Positions 38,401-54,600 of a DNA stretch of 64,000 nucleotides are shown piece by piece. Below the pieces are notes generated by a model, which ran no database searches, was not told the origin of the DNA, and saw nothing but the letters and a program-made list of their open reading frames with translations. The translations under genes were made by a program, and so were the position numbers. Source of the DNA: Eledone cirrhosa (lineage: Eukaryota); NCBI GenBank assembly GCA_964016885.1, contig OZ024740.1, forward strand, positions 179,986,001-180,050,000. The letters run 5' to 3'. Each line of letters opens with the position of its first letter. Within the stretch, counting starts at the first letter, position 1.

Positions 38401-40264
38401 CCAATGTATGAAAGCAGAAAGTAACACTTGATCATGTTTATATTAGTTATTATTATAACAAGAGAGATATAGGCTGTTTGATGACATAATTATGTTTTCA
38501 CCAGTGGATTCTATGAATGTTAAAGAGGTTCTGAAACATTGTAACATTCAGCCTGGAACGCGGACCCAATTATCTCATTGGCGAGATAAATGTTAAGGCA
38601 AAAACATAACAATTAAATCAAGGAAATAAACAGAAATGAAATTTGCGATAAAAGGAATATTTTGTTAGTGCATTCGAATTCATAGATTCACATAGTTCAA
38701 GCGGCGTTGGTATCAAAATAGAAATATGGTATGGTTTCATATAAAATAAAGCTATTTTAGATTAATTAAATATCTTGCATTACCCATCTAATTAGTAGAA
38801 ACATTTGTTACATGGCTATTTAGAATTTAATATCGAGAAGAAAGGGGCATATCTCAATGAAATATTGTAACAGATAAAATAGAGTACAGAATCTATCTGG
38901 TCTTCACGTTAAATACTGAAGTTAACAGATTGATTTCTATCATATTTAATGATAGAAATGATAAATTATGAAAATAACATATTGATGTTTGCCATTAGCG
39001 GTAAATAAGGGAAAATAGACTAAATGTAATGCCGATCATAAATTATAATTAAAATATGTTTGAGCGTAAACATTTGACGAGGGTGTTTTAAATAGAAAAT
39101 GAAATTGCATATGAGCGCAGATATGTAACATATCACGTATAATAGCGACTGAGGTGTAGCATACATTCATCACGAATACATTCAGAAATTCTCACCACAA
39201 AATAAAAAAAGCAATTGTAAATATTAGGAAACATGAAAGCTCTAAGTACTAATTCAACTTGTAAAAAAGAAGGATATACATCTTTCAAAACACGTCCAAT
39301 ATTATAGGAAAAGAAATAAGCATGCTGGATAATACGTTCCTAGATATCTATAAAAGATAGGGAGATGTTTTGTCGGGATGATTTTCCTCATGTGTTTGTT
39401 CTATCTGAGAAGACAAAAAAACATTAATATACCTAAATAAAAGTCTGCTTGAAAAGGTGGCGCCAGAGAACTCGTACATTTTATATATGGATACGACATA
39501 CAATTCCTCCGAAATACGAGAAACGTAATCCCGAAGGATCTTATTGGATTTATATGGTTATAGTTCGGCTAAAACATGGTAAAACATGGGTAAACATCAT
39601 CGGTCAGTGTGTATTATCCTCAGAGCTAGACTTTGTCCTCTTGCGGTATATTGTTTTGGATAGAATGGATAAATATGAGAGCAAACTGGGTTTCGCAGTT
39701 TTTAAATCCACCTCACATTTGAATTATATATGGAGATGGCGCAAAATATCTACATAAAATATGTATTAAAAGTCAGGTATTGGAGTTTGATTTATTCAAC
39801 CTTCCTCAGAGATGAGGGCCATGTACCTAAATTAGAAATAATTATTGTGAAAGTGGTTTGTATTATAATTATCAAGGGTTGTTTTACTTAGCATTAACAT
39901 ATACCGGCTTCTCGTTAGGCTTATGAAGAGGTAATATAGCTCAGGTGTTCAGGTTTGGGGTGGTGTCTAGGAAGTTAACTACTTTTCTATTGAATTCTAA
40001 TTCTATACTGAGCCGATGATACCTAAAAAAATGTCTAGTTCGCCTCTTTATTCCCTCCACCATAGTGGTACTGTGGTCATAGACGGTGAAGAGGGCTTCG
40101 ACACGGTAGTCCGCTGCCGAGGTTGGGAATTTCCTCTTTTATCTGCTTCAGCAGGAAGAGCCCAACCAGGTCCGTTACCTACGCAGAATCGCAGGAGCCT
40201 ATCGTGATGGCAAAGTTATTTGGCCAATCACTCCTGGACCAGTGGTCCCCACCTAAATGGATCA

Positions 40265-40460
40265 AGGTCTTCGGGCGGCGTGGGTGATGCCCACCTCCTC
40301 CAAAGTTAGGTCTGTTTTAAGGGTCACGAAAATAAGAGCCTTATTAAGTACTATTCGCAAGATTGAGGAGTAGTAACTAGCAATATCTAGTTGGATAAAG
40401 CTAGTCCTATTTTTCTCGGGTAATAGTGTAACCCACTCTATTACTTCACCTGTGCATGAC
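40265..40460 (-). pseudogene. Naiad-like PLE RT fragment
   Basis: QW..TGEVIEW, SFIQLDIASYYSSI...LNKAL.F, I.HAAR; aligns by eye with 47060-47240. Confidence 0.75.
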
Positions 40461-40799
40461 CATTGCTCAGGAATTGTAGTTGACCGGCTAATTGACGTGC
40501 TCACACCACTACCACTACCGCTACAGTGAAGTAGGTCAACCGGACAAGAACATACATATAGTTAAAAGCAATAGGAAGAGGCTGACCTGTTTGTAGGAGA
40601 ACTGAATGAAGGATTTCAATAGACGTTCGGCTTTTGGGAGGTATGATATCTGACTAATGAAATTCGTTCATTCTAAACCATATGCTTTCATTTCCTTAGA
40701 GGACTAACAACACAACATGGAGCTGGGCATATCAATGGATTAACAATGTAAAATCCATTACCACATTATGTTTTCTTGTTTGTTCTGTCCAAGTTCTTA

Positions 40800-40841
40800 C
40801 TGCCTTGTGAGGTCATAGCTGTTGAAACATATATATAGCAG
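40800..40841 (+). ncRNA. Possible decayed HHR near a 3' end abutting (TA)n
   Basis: ctgc-CTTGTGA-weak stem II-GAAA-catatata-TA-gcag. Confidence 0.35.
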
Positions 40842-40890
40842 AGAATATGAATAAACGAAGCTAATTTTACCATGTTGACTTACACTTCAT

Positions 40891-40965
<75 letters not shown>

Positions 40966-41229
40966 ATAGGAGGTATATAGCTTTTCACATGTAATCTTCT
41001 GGAAGAAATATAATAACAGTTCTTTTTTTTATATTTTATTGTAGACTTTTCTAAAAGTGTTTTACAAAATTTAGCATTGTAAACCTTTTCACCTGTTAAT
41101 AATTTTATTTTCACCGAGATAAATAAGAAATAATTTTTGCAAATTCTTGATATTATTTATAATAGATTTGGCATAAAATCATTTGTATCTATCACCCAAT
41201 GAAGAGTTTAAATTTTGAGAGATTTGTAA

Positions 41230-41332
41230 TCTTCTTCTTCTTCTTCTTCTTCGTCTTCGTCTTCTTCTTCTTCTTCTTCTTCTTCTTCTTCTTCTTCTTC
41301 TTCTTCTTCTTCGTCTTCGTCTTCTTCTTCTT
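41230..41332. repeat. (CTT)n trinucleotide repeat with CGT interruptions
   Basis: Direct reading. Confidence 0.98.
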
Positions 41333-42039
41333 ACAATCCGGGTGTTCATGTTGGTTACAATGGAAATGAGCATGCACGTAATTGTAGTGGGTAGAAGATA
41401 TTTGTGATGTGGCATGAGAAAAAGTGGACGAGAATATGGGAAAATGTGAATATTTGATTCTCACAAATTTTTTCAAAAATTACGTTACATTAAGTCTTTT
41501 TTAATATGAGAAGAATATATTACATTTATTAATGAATATAGAAAAATGGTGTATCGATAGTCAGGAAAGTATAAGAGTTAATGTTATCCGGATGAATAAA
41601 ATCACAACAATATCGTTTTACGAATAGTTTTCCAACCGCAACGGTACACATTATTTAAAATATTGGAAGACAGGTCAGTAACATTGAATCTAATTTGTAA
41701 TGAAAGTTGTGCCCGAAAGTCTAAAGACCGTAGAATTGCCTTTTTAAAACGTTCCGTTTAGGATACACATGTTAGTTGTTCTGATGGATCGATTGTTGAT
41801 CGTTAACTAAATACCTTATTTATGACACTATTCAAAACAACTTAAGTTACCTTTTAATGAAACGAATAACAAATAAAAAAACAAACGAAAAACATGAAAT
41901 AAGAATATTTTAGAATAGCATTAATAAATTTAGAATAGCATTAACCAAAAGAGACTGTACTGTATCCATTTCCATTTAATTCTCTCCTACAATTCGATGC
42001 CAATTAAATACCACTTCAACTCTGCAAAATATAAGTATA

Positions 42040-42710
42040 TATCTTTTAACATGTTAAAATATCCCCCACACACTTACAGACACATTCCCACTGACCATCC
42101 CTCTACCACGAATTACTCTGCTACACAAACACACACACACACACACACACACTTGTCTTAATAGGCATTTGAACTGTCAACAGGCTGCTGTTCGCCAACA
42201 CATCCCTGCTGAACATTATCACAACGACGAACCTCTTTACTACTACTACACACACACACACACACATATTTGTTTTGAAAGACTTATTTTTCAGTGACTT
42301 CTCAATCAGCCGACACAAACCTACATTTGGCGCAAAATCAATTTTTAACATTCACATGACCTCTACCGACCAATCAAAATTGTTTTGACCACAAGAATTT
42401 TTGCAACACGAATTGGCGCGAAACTTATTTTAATACATCTGGAGCCACTTTTTTCACATAAAACAGGTAGACTTTCCAAAACTAATCAGATTAGAGCGAA
42501 CATCACGGGCGCTCTATCTCAAAATTATTTTTGAAAAGCATTAGAAATGCGCAACCTGTAAAACTTAAAACCAAAACTGAATACTAACCAATACTATTAC
42601 TAATTTTCAATTATTCCTAATTAAACTATTTTTTGCTGTGAACAATTTGTCAGCATTTTCTTTTCCGTTTACCAATATATCATAACTCGTGTGTTACACC
42701 TCTATTCTTT

Positions 42711-42712
<2 letters not shown>
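42040..42712 (+). mobile_element. 3' UTR of a Neptune-like PLE related to 18991-21545
   Basis: 42370-42560 resembles 21190-21400 (gaattggcgcgaaa, gagccacttttt, HHR remnant at 42528-42563); ends at (TA)n. Confidence 0.7.
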
Positions 42713-44705
<1,993 letters not shown>

Positions 44706-44759
44706 CGGTTTCAACAAACGTTTTCAGATAAAGAATCTTGTTAAACAAATTCAGAAACG

Positions 44760-45183
44760 ATATATGTGTCTTGTGTCTGGTGTCTCCTATTCTGTCTGTG
44801 ATCGAGGTAGGGTACCCGTTCGTCTCCAGCACCTCGCGGAATCGCTTGGGATGAGTGACGCCACTCGCGGGATCGCTGCATCTGTTTTTGATTTGCGCGA
44901 TCTCGTTCGTGATGTATCCTCTTTTGGCACTGTTAGGGAGGGCGGACTTGTAGTGAACGAACAGGTCCCTGCAGGCTGCCTTTCGGTAGACGTTGCAGTG
45001 GATCCTACCCTGTTCCGTGATGTTGATTCGGAAGTCGAGGAGGGCAAGTGACCCGTCTTCGTTTGGGTGTTCAACACTGAAGTCAATGTTCTCGTCCGTG
45101 TTGTTGAACGTCTCATAGTTTCTGTTCGTCGTGTCTTGGTAAGATGTGAGGATGAGGATATCGTCCACGTACCTTGAGAAAAA
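44760..45183 (-). pseudogene. Penelope/Poseidon-like RT core and thumb fragment
   Basis: FSRYVDDILI, IDFSVEHP, LALLDF, VYRKAACRDLFVHYKSALP, NRCS, LETNGYP. Confidence 0.85.
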
Positions 45184-45316
45184 TACACACCACGCATCTC
45201 AACGTACACCCACTTACATCTCTCTCTCCACCACCGGATCTTGTTACCCGGAGATTTACCCATTTGCATTGTCGAGGCTTCCAAACGACTTAAAGATATT
45301 TACTTATTATTCCACA

Positions 45317-46420
45317 ATGCTTCAAGCAAACTTCAATACTCTCTTATCCTTACACCTGAGCCAGGAATTGTTTGCATCCGTAAGGGAACTGTTTAGACTG
45401 TCGGAGAAATGGGCTAACGCTGGCTGTCAAATTATTTTCCTGAAACGCTGCTTAAAAAACGTTGTCATCCCCAACACCATCAGGAACATCCGCTTACCAG
45501 TAAGCCTACGTACACCAGCTTTCCAAAACACCACTAACCGCATACATCGCACGTGTATTAAACAGATCCTGAGACATCTCAACCGCCAATTACACGTCCA
45601 TAAGCGGACACTCTCAAAGCGGACACATCGACTGCCAATAGCACCCGGGGACTTGCTGCTGAAAATCACTAAATCAATCGACCAGTGCTACCACTCCAGA
45701 GTCTAATACGAGAAAAAAAGACTCAAGCGAAAATATGAGTGGATCTTGTCGAAACGCCACAACGAGAACATCGACACTAACGAACAGACGGACCAGAAGC
45801 GCGTGGGAAACAACAACTTAACAACCGCTACCGCCGCATCCACCAACACCGAGCCATACCTCAACGATGCGACGCACCTGGTCACCGACCTAACCGGCAC
45901 TCTCACGAGTGACGAGCTGAAACTCCTACACCTCGGACCCAAGTTTATCGTCTCACAAAGTCTCGACGACAGACTCCTACTCAACATCGAGGTCAAATTT
46001 TGTCGAGCCGCTTACCAACTGAAATGGGTGACCGCCATCAACAGCGCCACAGAAAATAACAGCGCCCACGCAACCCACCCCAAGTTCCCCACTTACCCCC
46101 CCCCACCCCACCCCACCCACCAACCACGAACTCGACACCAAACTCATCAGGCTAAAACACTCCATCTCGGATATACTTCACAAACACACACACACACGCA
46201 CAACACATAACCTCACCAAATCTCAACTCACCACTCTCTCCAACATAAAATCGAAGAACCTCATCTATCTCCCCTCCGACAAGGGAAAAGAATTCTGCGT
46301 CATCAGCAGAGAGGCCTACAACACCCTGGCCCTCCAACACCTTGACGATGACAACCTCTACTCCAAGGTCACGGGAATCACTCCCGCGCAGATAGAAGAG
46401 CACATCAACGCCGCCTGGAC
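45317..46420 (+). pseudogene. N-terminal part of a Penelope/Poseidon-like PLE ORF
   Basis: FLKRCLKNVVIP, VTDLTGTLTSDELKLLHLGPKF, NLTKSQLTTL, YLPSDKGKEFCVI, LDDDNLY; stop at 45704-45706 and a later frameshift. Confidence 0.8.
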
Positions 46421-49306
46421 CGAAAAAACTTTACCTTCGGATGCTCATGCAAACAATCGACCTTTTTGCGAAAAGACTAAGATGGAGAACTTTTTTCTAC
46501 GATAGATACCGCGACAATATGGACTTCGATACCAAGGAGAGATTCGGATTCAATACCTACAAATCTCCCCCTCCGAAACCTATGCTCTCACCCTTCGAGA
46601 AGGACATTTTCCACCTGGTCAACAGCATTAAATTCAACCCAGACACAGAAGATTCCTACAACAACTCCGTAGCCAAATAACAGAGTATAAACACACCAAC
46701 GACATCATGGTGCACTCGGACAAAACTGGAAACCTCTACCTCGTCAACCATGACAGATACCACAGACTGATCAGGAGCAGGCTAAACTCCACCTATAAAA
46801 AGGCTAACCATTCAATTATCGAGGACATAAATCGAGATGGACAACAAATTACCCCCAGACTCGGGGTCGCCGACCGCACTGAATCCCTAGACCCACGGAT
46901 TCCCTACTTCACACTGAAGGACCACACATCCGACATCGACCGCAAACCATCCATTAGGCTTATAAACCTAACGAAGTCGGACATAGGGAAAATCAGTTAG
47001 ACCGAGTTATACCAAAAGTTAAGCAAAACGTGAGACTTAGCTTATGAGTCAGCACCCAGGAAGTAATGTCTTGGTTCAGGAATATGGAGGACAAACAAGA
47101 TACACAATTCATCCAGTTTGAAATAGAGAGTAACTATGCATCTATTACCTTACCGCTCCTTAAGGCCGCCTTGGACTTTGCCGAAACACTCACGCCCATC
47201 ACTGACCAGGAAAGAAATATCATTCATCACGCCAGAAAGACAGTCCTACTTTTCGACAATTCCAAGTGGATAAAGAGAGCTCCCGACTCCCCCTTCAACG
47301 TCAGTATGGGCGCCACGTATTCGGCCGAGTTCACCGATCTTATAGGATTATTCCTACTATTTAAACTCACCGAAATGTTTCCTGCATTCGGCGGTTGATT
47401 GTACCTGGATAGTGGGCTCCTCACCCTCAAAGGGTACAACCCTAGTAGTGCAGACCGTGTCCGTAAACAACTAATCATCTTCTTCCGGGACTGGGGATTT
47501 AAAATCACCGTACAAAAGTCCCTAACCTAGTCAATTTCCAGGACGTTACCATTAACCGCGAAAATGATCTGTACAACCCATACAGGAAACCAAACGACAA
47601 CCTGCACTACATCCACCGCCACTCTAACCATCCTAGAAACATCACCAATAACCTGGTTAAAAAGATCTCCCTCCGCATTTCTCGTTTGTTCGCTAATGAG
47701 CAGATATTAGATGAACACGCGCCTCATTACAACCAGGCCCTCAAGTAGACTGGCTTCCGGGAGGAAATATTCTTTTATCCAGCTTCCCTTAGCGGAACCA
47801 GCAGGCGACACTGCCGCTCACGCAACGTGAGGTGGTTCAATCCTCCCACAATGCCGAGGTGGCAACACCTATCGGGAAAATCTCCTCGAAAATCATTTCC
47901 CACTACAACACCCCTACCACAACATGATCAACAAAAACACCACCAAACTCTCCTACAGCACCACACCTAACTTCGCACAAAATATCGTCTCCTCAAACAA
48001 CACAAAAAGCTGAACCCCTATGGAAGAAATAACCTAGACATCAGTGGAGAGCTGACCAGGAGGGGTAACTGCTCTGATAAATCAACGTGCCCCCTCAACA
48101 ACAAATGCCGAGAACGTAATGTGATCTACCAGTGCAACGTGAGGACGGACACCTCCAACATAGCTTATATAGGATTAACCGGTGTGACTTCAAGACCCAG
48201 CTCTACCAACACCGTCACACTTTCCGAAACCCGGTTTGACGACATGCCACTACACTTTCGGGCCACAACTGGGACCTCCACGATAACAATATAACCTACA
48301 ATCTCACTTGGAGCTTACTGTCCAGAGCTAACTCTTACACGGGAGGACGCCGTCCGTGTAACTTATGATCGGAGGAAACATTACAAATGTTGTTTTCGAA
48401 GGACCAACTCCTAAACAAGAAAGATGAAATGGTAACCGCATGCACACACAGATTGCGTAGGACTTACCTCGCCCTCAAACCCTATAACGACCCGGGTGGG
48501 TAGACAAGGTATAATGCCTCCCCCCTCCACACACACACTACACTTGCCGAATAAGTTAGAGGAAACCCCAGCTTACATGTAAATGTATCTCTTTTCCTTT
48601 CCTCTTTGCTTCCTTCTTCCCCCTGTCTCATCCTATCACTTCCTTCCACCCCCTATTTTCTTCCTCGTCTGCATTCCCATTTCGCCTACCCCGATGCAGC
48701 CCATCGGGCCTTTTAGCATCAGTTCCCCCATCCCTGTTATTTTAAGATAGAATTGGCCAAATACATTTTACTAACTACTTATAGCAGATGTGTTAAAATC
48801 CCCTTTAAGTTTGTATCTGTTTTGTAATTTCTATAAATTTTTCTATTCTCAACTTCTTAACCTGTAATTCTAAGATAGCATTGTGATTTCTTTATTCATT
48901 TCACACTACCTAATTTTATATGTTTTTATTTTTTTTATTTCTTTCTATTATCTTTTATTGTCTCCTACTCTCTTTCGATTTACCTATTCTATAACCTCCC
49001 TCCCCCACTTCATACACTATCCTTAGACTCTGATGTATACATATCACTTTCAACGCTTGAACGCTCCACTCATTCCCCTATTGTTCTACAGGCAAGTTCA
49101 GCCACCCCTACCCCCCACCAAATGCCATGATAGACTTATTTGTGTTTACAACAAATTTTAACCAATCCGCTTGACAACTACAATCTTCACATATAACGAA
49201 GTACTCCCTTGAAAAGTTCGGCTATTTATTCACCAGGCTAAACATTCTAATTTAGTCCAGAAATAGCCGTCGAAACGGCTTGAGCTCTGTCGTCGGGGTC
49301 ATACTT

Positions 49307-49310
<4 letters not shown>
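46421..49310 (+). mobile_element. Near full-length Naiad-like PLE, decayed; ORF remnant about 46425-48487
   Basis: KRLRWRTFF, FGFNTYKSPP, DKTGNLY, TLKDH, RLIN.TKSDIGKIS, SMGA, LYLDSGL (decayed YRDD), SNHP, WFNPP, CPLNNKC, VIYQC, YIGLT, CNL*; HHR near the 3' end. Confidence 0.92.
49203..49299 (+). ncRNA. Type-I HHR, U3-A8 core variant
   Basis: tccc-TTGAAAA-stem II (ggctattt/aaatagcc)-GAAA-cggc ttgagctct gtcg-TC-gggg; GUC cleavage triplet ending at 49294. Confidence 0.75.
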
Positions 49311-49345
<35 letters not shown>

Positions 49346-51811
49346 TACATATATATACACACACACACACATACATATATATATGAGTGTGTTAAACCGA
49401 ATTATTTACTATTCTTATATCCTATATTTGTTTTTTTATTTTCTATTTACTCTTGTATTATTTTCTTTTTATCTGGCTCACACATAAGAACTAGTGTGCA
49501 CGCTATGTTATCCACTTTAGCCCACTCATTTGATGGCTCTAAGCCAAACATTTTCTTGAAGAGATGACAATTTTTTAAGATCAATAATGAATAAATAATA
49601 ATATAAGTATTTAAACGACCTACCAAAAAGAAAACAACATTATAGCTGTCCTGAAATGAAATCAACAGATATTCAATGCTTTAAGCCCCAAAAATACATT
49701 GTAATTGGCAAGACTATATAATTGCATTCGATCGTGCAGATATTGGGAAAATCTTGTTTAAATAAAATTCAGAGATTAGCCACGAAGATTAAGCTATATG
49801 CTATCAAATAGCAATTATATATATGACACACATTTATTGATTAGTTGTCGTTCTTTCTTTTTGTAAAGGTCAAACATTCTTAACTTTTGAGAATGAGGCA
49901 AACATACGATTGTGTTCTTAAATACTGGTTTTACTACTACCCATTTATGGAATGATTTACCAGCATGTACTAGATATCATATTTTGTCTAAAATATTGTT
50001 TAATTTAGATATCATGTCACTAAAACCTTATGATAATATATAAGAAATTGTCAGATTATATATATATATCATTTGATATATATATAACCCTCTCTGTGAT
50101 TGAGTCCGGTGGTATTTTAGAAATAAAATCAAACAATATTAGCAATATGCTTGATTCCAAAATATAAATAAATTATTTTTTCGTCTTCAATTGAATATGA
50201 ATATTTGAGGGAAATATTAGGATGTTGTTTGGAAGGATATTTCTCTCTATTGCAAATTTAGATTAGAGGTTAACATTCTTAATCCTCTGTAAATCGAGAG
50301 GTTAATTTTAATACTCCTGAATCCACTCATAATATAACAACCCGTGATTATATAAAAGTTAGTTTCTTTTAAAGTGTTTATTAGTACCTAAAGCAAATTT
50401 TTCAAAGTTTTAGTTCAGTAATGTTTCAGAAATCAACACATAGATACGGTAATACCTGTACCGTTGCCCTTAGTACTGCAGTTTGTATCATTCTTCACCT
50501 AAAGCATTAATAGATGCATTCCGGCAAATCGATGAATCATTCACATAATCGTGGTTACAAACCATAAATATATTACGATATCCTTATATATTTCAATGGT
50601 ATGATATTATTCATCATAACAACCATATGTCCGGATGTTCGACGCTAAAATATCTATAAACGTGTGAGTTTCTAGTTTAAAGTGACAGAGACAAGCAGTG
50701 TCATATTGAATTCATTTGCAAGTAAAATAATTGATGGCTGATAACACCCTATCTATGGACATATTTATCTATCGTCTAGTTAGGCTATGACACAACATTT
50801 CAGCAACAGGGTTAACGAAAAATGAGTTTCGATGTAAATTACATTAATTCTTATTTGCTACATGTACAAATTGGTATACATTAATAATTATGTTGTTTGA
50901 ACCAAGGATAATTACAGCTCTGTAGTTTGGACATTAGATAGCGCAGATAATTGAAACATGTTGTTGATTGCCTTAGATTAAATTGACAAATAATTTGTAC
51001 CCCTGTTTCAAGCTCGGAATAATTACATTCCTGCTGTTCCGTGAAATATAATGATAGTAAGCATATTCATTGTTTTCGTTCTGTACATTTAGGAAACAGC
51101 TTTGCATTCAAGCATATTAGATACATTCGTTTTAAAATCTAATATGAATAATTTGAAATATTTCATATTATTATCTCATTCATGTACCTATATGTTGGAA
51201 CCATATGTGTCATACGTCTTTTAACGTATCAACTCCAAAATATCACACCGAATAGCCGGTATAACCTTTGTGTACTTAAGCATATTTCGTTAAAATGGTT
51301 AAATTTGAAGGCAGTCGTATGGTCTCTCGCCCTCATCTCTATCCCTCTCTCTATATTTATATATGTAGCGAAAGAAAGGGAGAGAGAGAAATGGGTAACT
51401 GAGATAAATCTATTATGTTTATACGCCTACGTAATTCTGCTTCCTTAAAACTGAAATAGCCTTCAACCAATAACACTTTTGCACTGCAGATTCCGCCCTT
51501 ATGTAAGGAAAGTCAGGTCTATCAGTTCCATAATTCCACGTCATTCAATGTTATAGTCAAATTTTAAATTGACTGTATTAACAATATTCAAATATTTTAA
51601 TAGATAGGAATATGCTGGTATTTAAAGTCGTGAGGCCGATATACACTGCAATCTTTATTTTTAATATTTGTTGACAGTGTCTTTCAAAATTAAAAATTGT
51701 AATTGACAATATGTCAATTACAGCATTTAACTGATGCTTGCATATGAACTGATTTGAAATACATTCAAATGTGTAAATTATTGTAAGCCGCAAATATATA
51801 TACATTTATTA

Positions 51812-52503
51812 TAAACCTAGTTTCTATATATTCTCATATAAACATAGACTGTCTTAATATAAACATACACTGTCTTAAATTAAATCAATTTTGGAAGATT
51901 CTATATCACCTATTTTTTAAAAATTGTTGTCTAGAATATCATGTTGTAACTTATATGAATTTCATTAGCATCAAAATAATTGTTTGTAATTCCATTTTTG
52001 GAGAGTAAAAAATATTCCAGTTCAACGTTTGCTTGCAATTGGGTGTACATGTCAACTGTTATCTGATGTCTGTTTGCCAGGGGTGTCTACAATGGATACA
52101 TCAACGAACCTCTACACGGCACTTCGACCTGCTAGAAACATCCACCATTTGTCATACTTTCTTATAAATGGAATGGCAATTCAGAGTGTGTACTATAATA
52201 GTTTATACAGATACATATGAGTCCCATAGATAACTATGGCTGTAACATGATACAGCATATATCTGAGTGGCGTCACGAAGATTAATATTTACAGCAACAA
52301 CTTAATGTGTACACAATTGTATTTAATGTCGATTTTTCGATTTGCTTTATTCATATTTTTCTTTAATGTGCAAATCGGAAAATCGACATTAAATAGGAAT
52401 TAAGCCTAATTTCTATAAATTCTCTTATATTAAATCAATTTTGAAGATTCGATATCGGACATTATTTTCCAATTGTTGGCTAATATATAGAAACTAGGTT
52501 AAA
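51812..52503. mobile_element. Old MITE-like element with ~19-bp TIRs and an internal duplication
   Basis: aacctagtttctatatat (about 51814) and atatatagaaactaggtt (about 52483-52500); 51812-51935 resembles 52400-52485; internal hairpin 52320-52395. Confidence 0.4.
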
Positions 52504-53814
52504 CATGAGAAATATCTAAGATATGCTCGTTTGGTTGCTATGACTATGATATTGCTTATCAAAATATATATAAAACAGATAGGTCTAATTAAAAATTGAC
52601 GAATTTCTGAAATACTCTTTTTCAAAATATTAACTGTTCCAGTTGTTCAAAATATCATTAAAGAGTTATTGAACTTACGCCTGTGCGCAGAATTTCTCAA
52701 GTCCCATACCTCGTAGAGATAATTAGATGAATTTTCTTTATAGGCACACTAACGGTACTTTCACTAATTTGACAATATAATATGCAGTAACATGCAGTTC
52801 CAGCATATCTCTTTGAGATAATATCCTATTATGATGAAAAAATAGCGAATTTCATTATGCCCATATATACCATTTTCCCAATTTACATAAATTCGTCATG
52901 TAAAAAAAATATTTTCTTTTAAAGTTTGATGTATTTGTTTGCAATTCAAAAAAAAATTCACGCATTAAATCTGAAGAGCGGACATGAATTTTGGGGGGTA
53001 TTATATCTCAACTACAAATGAATTATTTCCATGCATCATTCTTAATATCAGACACATTATATTATATAATATTCAATGCTGTATGATCATCCATACCATT
53101 TACATTTCGGAGTAGAAATAGGGTATTTATGTACTTTGACCCTCAAGGTGATTAATGCAGAACTAATAAATATTTTATGAGAACGTTGAGATATGCCTTT
53201 TTAAAACGTTCAATGCAATTCTTTTGTCATTTATAGCAAGACAGGGAACTTTACAAAAACATTTTTTTTTTTTCAACATTGAATATTATCGAATGAACTG
53301 GAATTAATTTTTCCTGTGTTGCAAAGTGGAAGACTGGAATTTTGCAACTTGCAGTTTATTGGATCAATATTACCTGAACTTTATCAAGTTAAAAGAATAT
53401 AGTTCTCTTTGTGAAAATATTTCAAACGTTTCCAAGTGCAACTATGATTTAGAAAACAATAGATCAGTTATAATTACAGTTATAATTCTTTTAGTGCACA
53501 TTCGTTGTTTCAGGGCGCCTATATCCCATAGTAAACTTCAAAGGTACACTGAAATAAGATAAATTATAGATTTAGAGAATCAAAATGACAGTGATGTTAA
53601 TGTAATTGAGTAAAGAAGAATATGGCCTAATATTCAAATATTACTAATCGTATTTCATTTTGATCTTGTGCAATGTTCGACTGCCATATTATATATTTTC
53701 AACGGTTTAATGGTAAAATAGGTATAACAATGTAACATATTTTAGCAGGGAATATTGATGTAATGCAGGCATTTCCTTGCTCTCACAAATACAGTATATA
53801 ATATATTGATTTAT

Positions 53815-54600
53815 AGGTCGAGCTGGACCTGCCAGTTTTGTAGACTTCTGTAGCATTAAATAATCTCAAGTTCCAGATAACTAGATGGTTATGAGTTGAC
53901 AGCTCATCCCGTCTATTAACACGAACATCCAGCAGAGAATCGAAGAGATCAGAGACAATAACAAAATCAAGTATTACTATCTGTCTATCATTCTCCCTAT
54001 AACATGTGTATTTATGTATGTCTTTGTTCAGGAAAATAATCATAATAGTGAGTCCATCACTTGAACGGTAGCCTAATAAGGCATTTTCATTCGTATTTAA
54101 TTCAAGATCACCAATCGTTCCATTCATTTTTTCCATTTCAGCTGCTCAGTGCCAACATGTGCATCGAAGTCTCCTATTAAAGTATATGGCTCAGTTTTAA
54201 CTACATCTAAAGCTGCAGTGATTTCATCAAGGAAGTATCTGTATACGTACTTATTGTTGGGTGTATAAACCTGAACCGGCCACAGAGACCTATACTTCCG
54301 CCAAAATTTCAAGAGGCAAATCCTCCCTTCTGATGGTATTCCAGTCCATAATTCATTCTAACCACCGAGGACTTGTGAGTGTCCCTACTTCCACCCATTC
54401 AGTCATTTCTAGTGCCACACCTGGATAGTAGAGTTTCATCCTCCATTCAATTCGACAGTACCAGGGCCACGGATCGTTGTTGAGGAAACTTCGACTATAT
54501 CTTTCCGGCAGCACCTAATCTCCTCCACTAGTTGCTGGTCGTTGCCTGTAAGGGCTGTGATGTTCCAGATTCCAAATGTGAAGGTTTCTCCCCTTCCGAA
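53815..54600 (-). pseudogene. RTE-like LINE APE endonuclease remnant
   Basis: FGIWNITAL, VQVYTPN, IGDFDAHVG, HKYT, LDFVIVS, THNHLV. Confidence 0.8.
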
